Below are positions 25,901 to 37,900 of a DNA stretch of 64,000 bases, in pieces. The position numbers were made by a program, and so were the translations under genes. The DNA lies in NCBI GenBank assembly GCA_013239625.1, contig MU056737.1, positions 2,745,846 through 2,809,845 on the forward strand. The letters are read 5' to 3'. This stretch comes from Lama guanicoe. Lineage: Eukaryota. Position 1 is the stretch's first letter, and each line of letters starts with the position of its first letter. Below the pieces are notes generated by a model. It was not told where the DNA came from. It searched no databases and saw nothing but the letters and a program-made list of their open reading frames with translations.

Positions 25901-28900
25901 GCAGGCTGCCTTTTTGTTGGTTTTGTGAGGGGTGGAGGGAAGAGGTTAGGTTTAGTTAGTTAGTTGGTTAGTTAGTTAATGGAGGTCCTGGGGATGGAAC
26001 CAGGACCACTTACCAAGCATGCGCTCTACCACTGAGCTACCCTCCCCCCTGAAAGGATGAGTTTCAACAAGGAGTCCTGGGCTGGCGTGGGCACGTCAGT
26101 GGACCACACACACACACGCACACGCGGCCCCACACAGGAGGTAAACAGGCCCAGCCACAGCGGCCCGCACAGCCGCGCACGAAACTCGCTGTGTTTGTGT
26201 TGTCCACAACAGAGTCTTGCCCATCTCTCCCCACTGCTGAAGTTTCCTAGAACAGTGCCTACCCAGGTTCTAACATTTGTGCTCATTTACTTTTTTTTCA
26301 CTTCTGTTTCCACCATTTCCATCCCAAAGCAAAGAAAGTCAAACTTCTATATCCATGCACCCACCACGACCCCCAGGAGATGCTACACTGTTTGAATTTG
26401 TTCACTTATTTTTTTAAACCAGGGTCCTCCGTTTGCAGGAGACTCTGGGGGCCCAGTGGGCCTTGCCGCCCGCCCTCGCCCCCAGGTCCTGGGGTGCAGT
26501 CGGCTGGGATGACGCGTTTTCGTGAGAGCAACAGCACCAGAAGGAAGCAGAGGGGTGATGGGAGCAGTGGGGCAAGTGCTGAGTAGTTCAGGGAGCTGAG
26601 GGCTCCCAGCTGGGGGTGTCGGGGCTGCTTTTAGATTCGTGGACTGTTAGGGCACAAGGAAGCTTAAGGATCCTCTGACCCAGACGCTTTCCAGAGTCTT
26701 GTCAGTCATGGCGCCTCTTCTCTGAAAGGGAACTGACTGGGGCGCCCAGTGTGGAGGCGGCAGCCCGCAAGAGGCTCCCCGCTGTCCCTGTGGAAACCTC
26801 CCGTCCAATTCCGTCAGCTCGTACTGCAGGTTAAAGGAATGGGGGCAGAAAGGTTTAAGTCATAAGGAAAGTCTGCTCCGCGGAAATGAAAGCGGTTGTG
26901 CCAGGGCCCCCGTGCAGCCTCAGGGAGTGCAGGTGGCTCGTTCGAGCAGCTGTCCTGGGAAGTTTCTCTGCCAGGTGCGCGCAGCGGTGTCCTGCCTCAG
27001 ATGCTTGGTGATCCGGGCGCAGGGATGAGACAGAGACCGCAGGCGGGGAACGCAGGATGGCAGCCCTTGGGGGTGCGGGGGGGAAGTGCAGCTCCAGGGA
27101 GGGGCCCTCGCGCCTCCCTAAAGGACCAGCAGGTCTGGAGAGAGACGCTCCGGGTGCGTGTGGAGGACAGGGGTGCCTCCTCGTGCCTGGCCCACCTGGC
27201 TGGGCTGTGCGGATGTAAACAGCTCACAGAATGTGGAGCCATTCTGAAGACAGTGGCCCTCAGCCCTCAGCCGGGAGCTCTGGGGACGAGGGAACAGGGG
27301 TGTCGGGGCTGTGATGGAGCTCAAGTTTGTCATCACGTGTAGGATTCCTGCAGATGAAGCCTCCCGTGGTGCAGGGGCTCTGGGCGGTCATTCCCTAAGC
27401 CCTCCCCCACCTTTGCCATGTGACCATCAGGTGACTGGATGTTAGTAGCCCCTTGACTGTATCATAGTAATAATCTAAAATTAACAACCACAGGCACATG
27501 TTTGTACGAGGCACGTGGCGTATGCGAGGCATTGTGTGTGTCAGTCAGTCCTCAGAACTACTCTTCCAGGTGAAAAAACTCAGCAGCAGCTGATGGAGTA
27601 ACTCGCCAAGGGCGCTCAGCTGGCCAGTGGTGCCGCTGAGGTGAACAGGCAGGGTCACTGCGCTTTATCATGAAGGTGTGTGCGTGCCAGCGACCACACG
27701 GGTGGAGTGTGCCTGGAGTCGGTCCCAGCAGTGCCACAGGCAGACCTGTGCCTCGGTTTACTCCTCTGTGAAATGGGGGTGCCGGACCTACTTCCGAGGG
27801 TTGCTGTGAAGACGGATGAGTTGTTGTGTGTAGAACACTTAGAACAGTGCGGCCCGTGATGATCAAGGCATAATCATGAACTGCTGTTGCTGTTTTCATT
27901 TCTGTTAGTCTTGTCACACACGGTGGTGCGACAAAGGAAGGGACAGTCAGAGAAGGCACCACCGCGGGAAGACGTGAGAACCGAGCCTCGAAGACGACGC
28001 AGGGGCTTGGAGAAGCCCAGGAGGGCAGGGCACGAACCTGTGCAGCGGCCCAGCTCCCCTCCGAGGGAACGCGGGGTTCGGGCGGCGTGTGCTGGGAGGC
28101 CCAGGGTGAGGTCTGAAAAGTCTTGTTTCGTGCCGGGGTCCCGGTGTTATCCTGTGGGCAATGGAGAACGACTCAAGGGCGTGCATCGGAAGAGTGCCCA
28201 GGTCAGGACTGGGTGGGAGCCCTGGGCAGAGAGGTGAAGAGGGCAGCACTGAGGACGTTACCATGGCGACGGGACCACGGGGGTCTATCGGGGAGTCGGA
28301 TGTGGTGCTTCGAGAGAGCAGAGTGTGGAACTACTTCCCTTTGAACAATGTGACCTCCTTGTTCTGTATCCCTGAGTCCCCAGAAGAAAAGCAGGAAGCT
28401 TTGGATCTTGAGTACTGCCTGCCAAGTGTCGGGAGCTTTAGGGGGTCAGCTCGTAGTCACCCCGTTACCCTGAAGGCAGGTAGCATCATCCCTGCCTCAC
28501 AGACACTACTGAGAACTGAGGTCCCTGCCGTCGGGACACACACCTGGCATCTGGCGAGTCTCCTGCTTCAATTCAGGGGACCGACAGTGAGGGCGTGAGG
28601 GGGAAGGAGGCGGGCAGCCCGGGCAGGGAGGCAGGAGCAGGCAGGCGGACAGACCTCATGAAGTCCCCACTCGCCAGAGCCCCCAGTCCTGGGTTGAGAT
28701 ACAATCGAGTTCAAAAGGGAGGACGACCTACAATGTAGCCCAGCCTCATTGTGTTCATAAAAAGGAGCCCAACCGTTTTGCAGGCCGTAACGTGTGCATC
28801 CAGACAAGCACCGCTCTTCTCAGGTTGCGGAGCAACTTCTTCCAATGAGAGGATGCAGCTCGGAAGGGTTTGGGGTCCCCCTTGTCATGTGATCGTCATG

Positions 28901-31900
28901 TAACGGGCTCCCGAGGAATCCACGGCTGCTTGCTCTGTAGCAGGCTGATTGTTGACAGTTGCTGTAATCATCAAACTTAAAGTACCTTCATTACAAAATT
29001 CAGCTGTAAATGATCTTTTGCACTTTTTAGAAATACAAGCTAACCTGTTAAACAGGTAACGGGCAGCTCTGAGGTTGTTCACGAGAACACGCCACAGCCT
29101 CGGGCCTGGCTGCGCCCACCTCACGCTTTCCCAAGGCATGTGTCCTGTCAACGAAGTCTTTGTCCTTCATTTAAGCAGCAAATATCAGTTGGCCACTTCC
29201 TAGGAGTAAGACTCTGTGCCTTTCCCCATGTGGGAGGCAAAGCTGTATGAAGTAGGCTCCCAAGGTCCATGTACAGTTGAAAAGGTGAGACATAATCACA
29301 CCGCAGCTCAAAGCAGAACTCAGTGGCAGTGGCTGAAATTCATCACGGGACCCCTGGGTCACGATTCAGGCAGATGGTGAGACGTGTTGTCACAAGTCTG
29401 AGAGGCGCGTTAGTTCCAGGAGCTGCGGGAAGCAGACTCGGAAGAGCCTGGACCCCGCCCCCCGGTGCAGACCCCAGCTCCGCCACGCAAGGGACAGATG
29501 AGACCACCAGTGTATGTTTCATCGTCTCTCCTGTAGTTTGCCTAATCCCACAAAACTAATAAAACCAAGCTCCTTCTTTCATGCTCTGTATTCTGTGAAT
29601 TCTGCTAAACAGCTGAAAGCTGCACCCAGGCTGACGCATGCGGGGCGCGAAAGTGCTGCTGCTGCTTAACCGCAGCTGGTTCCCACAGCCTAGCGCTTCT
29701 GCGAATCAGCCGCCCAAAGACGCTAGCTGACTCCGGCGAGCATGCCGGGGGCCCCTCGCTTTTTTCTGAAGGGGATGGTTTCTCTTGCCAAACATGCCTG
29801 CGTGTCACTCGTCATTTCTAGAGCAGTGGGTTTCATGTGACTGTAAAGGGCAAAGTGACACTCTCCCCGTTGTTAGTGAGGGTGCAGAACAGCCCAGCAC
29901 TCTGTGACCCCCGCCGCGTGATGTCACTCACCCGGGTGCGTAGGAAACACGCTCGCTTTCCAGTCCGCTGGACACACGAATTGGACTGAAGCAAGACTCA
30001 GTGCTGTGGGGTGTGGCAGGGGGACCCCCAAATCCCAGGCTTGCTGTCAGCGATGGCAAGGCTTCGAAATCAAACAGCAGCCAAGTCTGCAGGGCTGAGT
30101 AGGGAGGCGTGTCTGTGGAGCAGGTATGTTAGTTGTCGGCAGCAGGTGTAGCAGCTCGGCCGGCCCCGCTTGTCGGTGTGACAGCATCGCCCAGCGTGGA
30201 AGCCTTGTGCACCAGGCACACATAATTCACGAGCCGGCGGAGAAGGAGATGCAGGTGCCCTGCCCCACAGGGCAGTGGGCAGCGGTCTCCGCTGGCCAGA
30301 GCCTCCCTCGCATCCGCCCCACCGGCCGCTGGTCCTTGAAACCATTCATTGGTGCTAAGAGAGATTCGGGGGGCAGGGGGTGGCCAGACCTCCCGTGTCC
30401 CCGTGGCTGACCTACCGTGAGTCTCACTTCTGGCGGAAATCGCCTGTCCCAGAGACGCCCTCTGAGGACGCAGCGGGAGGAGCGAGGGCAGCACCGTGTC
30501 TGCAGATTTTCTTTTACGCTGGTGCCTGTTTGGCCGTTCCAGTTCCACGTCCTTTTTAAGCACCTCACTTTCATCTTTGGTTGTCACGTGTCTCCATCCA
30601 GTCAAGCAGGTGTAAAGTAATCTTCTGAAATGAACGGGACTGGAAACCAGAGACACAAAAATAAACATTTTCTGTTTGCAGGTCTGCAACTCAGCGCTTC
30701 CCTTTCTGTAACTGGCATTTCTCCCCGCCTGGCAGCAGGGTCTTTGTTGACCAAAACTACCTCATGTGTTGGTTGTGGATTCGCTTGCTTCAATTTATCT
30801 TCCCCCTTGGGAACAATAGAAACTGGGAAGTCAGGTTTTTAACTTGAGCCAAAATAGTCTCTGCCGCTAACTGAGTGCTGTTCTCATGGCGGTCACCTCT
30901 CTGCGAGCAAAGCTCGGCAAGCGTCACTGTTCCGCGTCGGTGAGCGCACGGCTCTGCGCTTCAGGCTGAGCATTAGCTCTCGCGGGTGTGCTCCGGGGCG
31001 CCCCAGCCGTGAGGCAGGCTTGCCTACCACGGGCTTAAGAGGTATTAGGGCGGGGCAGAGAGAACCATGATGCACATGCTTCTGTCTGCACACGTGCGTT
31101 CACGCGTGCTTGCCCACGTGAATAGAGGAGCGTGTGCATCAGGGTGTCAGTAGGCGTAACAGCGAGAACCAGATATTTACTAGATGATGGGGATGTGCAG
31201 AGAAATACAGCTGTGTGCTTTCATAAAGCAGCTCCTCTAGCCTAAGGCTCGCCGAAAACGTGCCTGGAAGGGCGGCCGAGAAGGAGCCAGAATACCAGCC
31301 CTGCTTCTCCGTCCACACTTTCCTCCTGTCCGTCCTCGCGCCCACTGCCGGCTGACGCGCCTTCGTCTCGGGGCGGGGGCTCCAAGCGCAGCGTTCTCGT
31401 CTCCGGAAGAGCCCGCGTCCGTCCCCCGGGAGCTGGGGAGATGAGCCGGCGTCTCCCAGCACCCAGGCGGTGGCTGTTCCCGCTTGCCTCGCAGCCTCTG
31501 CCACCCTTGCTCAGAACAGGCCTCAGCAGCCCTGTGTCCTCCAGGTGAGACTCAGGGAAGAAGAGTCGCTGGGCGGGAACCAGCCACCAGAGCGCCGGTG
31601 GCAGAGTTGGAGCCAGGACAGGTCTCCTGAGGGCGCCCTTGCTCACGGGGCGTGCAGACTTTCGAGCCATGCACCTGCCTCTGGTGGCTGTCGGCAAAGC
31701 GCGGCTGGGTTCCTGTCCGAGGCTCTGAGCTCCTTGGTGGCAAATGCTTGGTCTGCCTCTGCCCGTGTCCCCTGCACCTGGTGCTGTGCCTTGCCCGTGG
31801 TCGAGTCTCAGTGTCTGTCAGGCTGAATGACACGCAGAGCAGAAGGAAAGTGCGGAGAGGACGTGTGAGAGGAGGGGCAGCCCGCAGCGCGCCACCGCCT

Positions 31901-34900
31901 CCCGGTGCCTCTGCAGCGACCGCGCCGTGTCCTGGGCTGGGGCCACCACAGCCTGTGCCCAGGCACGGAGGAGGAGGGACTTTGGGGAGCATTGCCACAC
32001 AACAAGGGCTTCCGCCGCACAGAGCAGCGCGGCCAGGCAGGCAGCTGTTGGCTGGACGCACCTAAGATCACTTGGAAGAAGAAGTAAAGAAACCGCCCTA
32101 AAGCGTCCGCGGTGAAGCCCCTCCGGTGGCCCGTCAGCACAGCAGGCTTAACGGTTTCAGTGAGTCGGGAGGGCACTCCTCCGAAGCTCGGGTGCCGCTC
32201 CCGTAGTTAGCGTGTTTCCTCTTTCCTCACGGACGCCCTGGAGGAGCAGCATTCGGGTCAGAGCATCACAAAGTCCGAATGTTTTCGTCTGAGTTGGGAA
32301 TCTGCTGCTGCTGCTCCATTTCTTATAAGGAAGTTTGTTTTAAGTGTTTTCCTCAATTTTCAGGAACCTACGCGCCACAGCAATCTCAAAACAAGGGGGT
32401 AACCTTAAAATTCACACGGGGCAGTGGGCCGGGGCCACCCGGGCCAGAGAAGCCCGCGTGATGGCAGTGTGAGGGGGAGAACGCAGCTCCTGGACCGCCA
32501 ATGGTGTGGAACGGAGGGCACCCCCTCCCAGAGGACGGCCTGACCTTCAGACGGCGTCTGGCTCGTTGGATGGGGTTAGGTTACAATCAACAGGTTTAAA
32601 CTACATACAAGGGCTGCTTTGTCACTTTAGTTCTCTGTCCTCTTTAGTTCAATGTAGTTTTTATTCATACTGTTTCTGTTCGGCTATCTTAAAGAATAGT
32701 CTATGTTCAAATGACAGTGAGGATGACACGGTTGTGATGTGGCTCTCAAGAAAGAGTGTAATCCAGATCCTGCCAGTGGAGACGGCTGCCCCGGGAGCTT
32801 AGAGGAACAGGCGGGGGTGCGGCGTGTCTCAGGGCGACAGCAGCCCGAACCGCAGCACAGGGACACGGGGGTGGGCTTGATGGTCCTCCTCGAGCTGCGG
32901 TTAAATCTGCTGCCTTGATACGTGACGGCCAAGTACGCGCTTAGGAACCTTCCTCCCTTCACAGCTGATCCGTTCAGCACACGTTTTGTCTGTGGCGCTG
33001 GCTCCCGGTTCAGATCAGGCCCCGGGTGACGTGCACCCCCGGCACAGGGATCCCAGCGTGCATGTGTCTGTCTGTCTGGTTGGGGGGGGGTGGACGCTTG
33101 GTAAGAGCAGTTGTGTCTTTAAAAGTGAACTTAAGTGTGACAGTTGCTGCCAGGGGTACTTCCAGCACTTTTCAGGCGACAAGTTAGAAAGAACACAGGA
33201 GAGAAATCTGCGGCAGTAAAGAGGGCGCCCTAAATGGCGTGAGAGCAGGTGACAGTGCGATTTAAGGGGACAAAGCAGGGAGGGGCAGTTTGCAGGCACA
33301 CGCACACACACACACGCACGCACGTGCCAAACACAGAAAGCTGTCCGACTCCACTCAAAATTTGAAGATTGTAAGTTAAAGCAATACCAAGATGTAGTAT
33401 TTGCCCACTAAAATAGTTAAAAAAAAAACCATACTTTTTTTTTTTTAAAGTTGTAACATAGCCCTCCATACACCGTTAGTTGGAGGCTGATAAGACAGTG
33501 TTTGTTGGAGTCCTGGGGTCTGTGCCTGGCGCGGTACCTGCCCTCGTCCCCCTGCCTGCCCCTCCCGGGACCACCCTCCCTCCCATCGCATTGGCAGAGG
33601 CACCGGAGCGGATATGAACTTCGACCCAGGACGTCCCAGGAGCCGCTGTGCCTTTGCAAGCTCCCTTCCCGTGTCCCGTGGCCGCGAGTGATGTCCGCCC
33701 CAGATAAAGTCTGCCCTTTCAGAGAATGAGGACATTGCCTGCAGGAGACCAGCCCAGCTTCCGCCGACCTGGTTACCAGGACGCAACGTTGGCAAGGAAG
33801 AAGCTTCCCTTGTGTTGAAGCCCTGAGGTTTGGGGGTGTTGTGTCCAAAACCACAGCTTATTCAGTGAAAACTGACCAGGAAAACCTTTCCACCGTGGCA
33901 GTTGCAGTGCTAGTAACCGGCTCACCCAGCACCTTCTCACCTGTGGGCGAAGACGCGTGTTAGAGGGATTTCTGCAGCACTGTTTATGGTAAAGAAGAAA
34001 CAAGGAAACAGCCCAAACATCCATCCTCAGGGCATGGACCAGAGAATTGCGGTGTATCCGTGTCATGGACCTTGTGCATCTGTTAAAGACGAGGTCTCAC
34101 GGCTTGCTGGAAGTCTGTACACAACTGTGCATTATAGTGGGTACCATCCTGCAGCTTGACGCTGTCACTTGAAGCACAGTGCTTCTCATGCTTGCCCAGG
34201 GCAATTGTGCTCTGGGGCCCTCCACTGGCTGAAGAGACTGCACCTGGGTCGCCCCTCTCCTGCTTACGGCCAGCTGGGCCGCTGCAGCTCAGACACAGTC
34301 GCCGTGAAGGACAGTCCACCACGTGGGCCCCTGTGTCCGCGTGCAGGGCTCTCTCTGAGCCAGGAGTAAGTGGCTTGGTCAGGTGTCAAGGATCTTTGGG
34401 TTTCAGAGCCATCGCTAAATGGTCCTCCACGGTGGCTGTGCCGTTGGCCCCGTCAGTCTGGATATTGAGGCAATGCGTGTCACAGCACATGAGATAGCTG
34501 TATGTTATACCGTATATTATTGTGAGTACATCCCATGTGGCAAAAGTGTCTTCTAAATATGCCAGGAAATGACAACTACTAACTTCAAGACAGCAGTTAC
34601 CTCTGGAAACGGAGCTGGCAGGTCAGGGAAGGGCGCACCGGCGACCTCAGATCCGTGAATTATGTTTTATGTTGTTAAAACGGAGGCGGTGTGGCACACC
34701 GGAAATTGACGCAACATTGTGCACTGAACTGTACTTCAGTTAAAAAAACAGAAAACCACACACACAAAAGACATCACCTAAAAATGAAAGACAAACGCAG
34801 TGACAGGTGACTTCACAATCAACACAACAGACACCAAAAGAAGAAAGCAAGCTTAGGGTGATAGACGTAACCTTAAGACTTGCTGAAGCTGAGATTTACA

Positions 34901-37900
34901 TGAAAGTGTCTTTTCGGTGGTTTATCTGTGCGTTTGAATATTTGCGTATGTGTGAATATGACCGCATATTTGCAGAGAAACACTTTGGACCATTTTTAAA
35001 AGCCATTTAAGTTACTGCTGGACAGTGACGGTAAGAAGGGTCTTTAACTTGTCACTTACTCTTTCCTTTAGTGTTTGAATTTTTTTTTAGAAACATGTAA
35101 CAAGTTCACGAATTTAGAAATGAGAAGGGACTAATGCAGGCGCAGAAACCTCCCTGTTGTGTGGATGAGAGGAGGACACAAAGCTCTCGAAACCTGTGTT
35201 TTCTCATCTGAAAAGTGTGGTTCGAAGCGTCTGCTTTGCCGAGCTGCTGTGAGGATTAGAAATTATTCACACTGAACACCCAGCAGAGCGCCTTCTACGT
35301 AGTAGGCACTAAATAAATAATGGTTGTTTGCGTTATTAATGAGGATGTAGGAGCCACTCTGTTTGCAAATTGACTCGCCCTGAACTGTGCAGAGCCGTCA
35401 GGAGCTGATCTGGTCTCCCCCACGCGCTCCCCATGGGGAGGTGGGTCTTGGAGCCAGAAAACTTAGTTTGACTCGATGATTGAAACCCACAGCTGGTGTT
35501 TAGGTCTCTTTCGGTGAGTGCTGTCCCTTCAGGTTAAACGCACGGTGTCCCACGTCACTGCTGCCCCCTCCCTGTCCCTCGGTCGAGGGCATCAGAGTTA
35601 GCAAATCAAACGTCAGGACGCCCAGTAACATTAGATTTCACATGAACAACAAATTTTTGTAGTAAGTCCCAGTGCTGCGTGGGACATATTTATACTAAAA
35701 TATATATACATAGTTTATCTGAAATTCAAATATAGCTGGCTGGCCTGCACTTTTGTAGACAGTGCGAGCTGTGGGAGAGTGGGGAAGGGGCACATGATGG
35801 GGGATTGGACCCCTAGACCCTGGATGTGCACTGGATGGTGTCTGGGCCCCAGCCTGGGCAGTGGGCAGGCCACGAGGTCCATGGCTGGTGTGACCCATGG
35901 GGCATCTCACCCCTCAGCGGCACCTCAGACCCATTGCTTTCCTGCCACACACTCTCTGGGCCCTGGGCTAGGATGTCCAGCCCGCAGCCCCCTGGCTCTC
36001 AGCTCCCTTGTCGCACGGCCCGTGAGGCGGCAGGAAGCCTGATGATGATTCCAGGGAAGCCACTGAGCAGCGCGTCTCCTCCAGCTCAACGCACCACCCC
36101 CGTGGGCTCACAGCACCCCGGAGCCCCCGGCCTGAAGCCGAGGAACAGCCCTGGAGCCTGGGTGGCCCCAGGACGGATCTGGCTCGCTCTGCCCACCGGC
36201 CTCCCACCTACCTTCTCTCCCCTCTCTCCCCTCGTCCTCCTCAGTCCCCGGGGCCCAAGGGCGGCCCTCCCCTGTCGGGTTTCTGGTCATTCATTCAGCA
36301 TTCGCTCCTCAAAGGTGTAATCCAGCCCCAGCTGCATGCTGAACACTGTTCTAGACGCTGGAAAGAACGGCAGTGAACCAGACAGGTTTTCAGAGTTTCT
36401 TCCTACGTGTTCCAGTGCAGTTGAAAGGGACAGCGCGCAAATAGCCTGCAGATCCACGCCACGGGGGTTTTCTGGGGTCTCGGTCCGCGCGGAGCTCAGT
36501 GAAGAGCCGGCCCCGGGTGGAGGCCGGTGGGACGGGCGTGCAGGGGTCCTTTTCCGCTGGGTGGGTGCGGGAAGCCTTGAGCAGAGACTTAATGAAGACA
36601 GAGACGAGCCACGTCAGTGTCTGGGGACAGAGACCCAGACAGAGAGACAGTCAGTGGTGCCCTGGTGTCCCCAGGGCCGAGATGCGGTCAGAGACACCAC
36701 CACGCCTGCCTCTGAATATACATTCAAAGTACAGGAGAAAGGGCTTAGAAAGGCCTCCTTTCCTTTCTGGACTCTCCTTTTGCTACAGAGAAGAGCGGGG
36801 TCGACCTGTAGACTGGACTCCAGCTGCCCAGCCTGCTGGGCCTGGGCTGTGGTTGCCCGACCCCCTCGGGCCGTCCGCCTCGGGACGGCCTCGGGGCTGG
36901 AAGCTGAAACACAATGTTTGCAGCATAATCCTGCTACACTGGAAGGTTCTTACCACGTGTCACGGGAGCCCAGTGGAGGGGATGGCTTCCTGCAGGAGCA
37001 GCCAGCAAAGCGGCTTGGAAGGTGGCTTGGGACCGAGGCTCGAGTGACCGCCCCCTGTTCCTGCCAACGATGGCCACGTGGGGCTGTGTCTGGAGAGTCA
37101 AAAGTAGGTTGTTGGGGTCTGGACCAAATGGACTGCCTTGTATAACGATGCTGTATGTCATTAGAATGATCTAAAAACGCACGCTTCTAACTGGGCGCAT
37201 TGGAGCACAGTGTTAGGAAGGCGCGCCCTGACCCCAGGGGCCTGGCCCCTGCTGTCCGTCCTTGGTGGCTCTCCCGCGGAGCCACGTGTGCAGGGTCCCC
37301 ACGAGCAAATGTCACGAAGACTTGGTTCTCTTTTGTTTTCAGCCAAACTAACCTGTTCTTTCTGTTTCTCCTCTGGTCTCTCTTCTCTACCCGACGCAGG
37401 TCCTGGGGTCCCCACGGTGACCGTACACAACACCACAGACAAGAAAAGTAAGTGCTTTTTGGTCTTTTCTGAAATCTCGCTGCGACTCGGGAGGAAAGAA
37501 GCAGAGCTGTGTGAGCTCACCCAGGCACACAGTCTGTTTGGAGACAGGGATGGGCCATGTCCTGGTGGCTCAGAGTCAACCCCGCCACCACCCACGCTGG
37601 TTAGCATGATGGAAGTGGAGGTCCCCGACCCCACCGGTGCCAAGGCCTCGTCTACGACGCTGAGCCGGGCACACAGCCCCGTGACCAGAGCGGCCAGCGT
37701 GGGCTCCTGAGGCCCGGCCCTGCCCACATCCTCCCTCCTCTGGACCCTCGCACTGGGGCAGGGCCCCTGGGCGCTCTGAGCGCATGTCTCTGTGGGTCTG
37801 GGGGCATCGTCATGGCACTGATGTGAGGCGGGGGCTTCACGTTCATGCGGCTGCTGGAAACTTTCCAGGGGCTCTTGAGGGCCCCACGCACTCTGGGGTA

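Noticed and set aside
31200-31560. CpG-rich patch as an internal promoter or CpG island (also ~45300-45640)
   Set aside because: Similar CpG density is scattered through the window and I saw no TSS evidence; regional GC drift is the simpler explanation.
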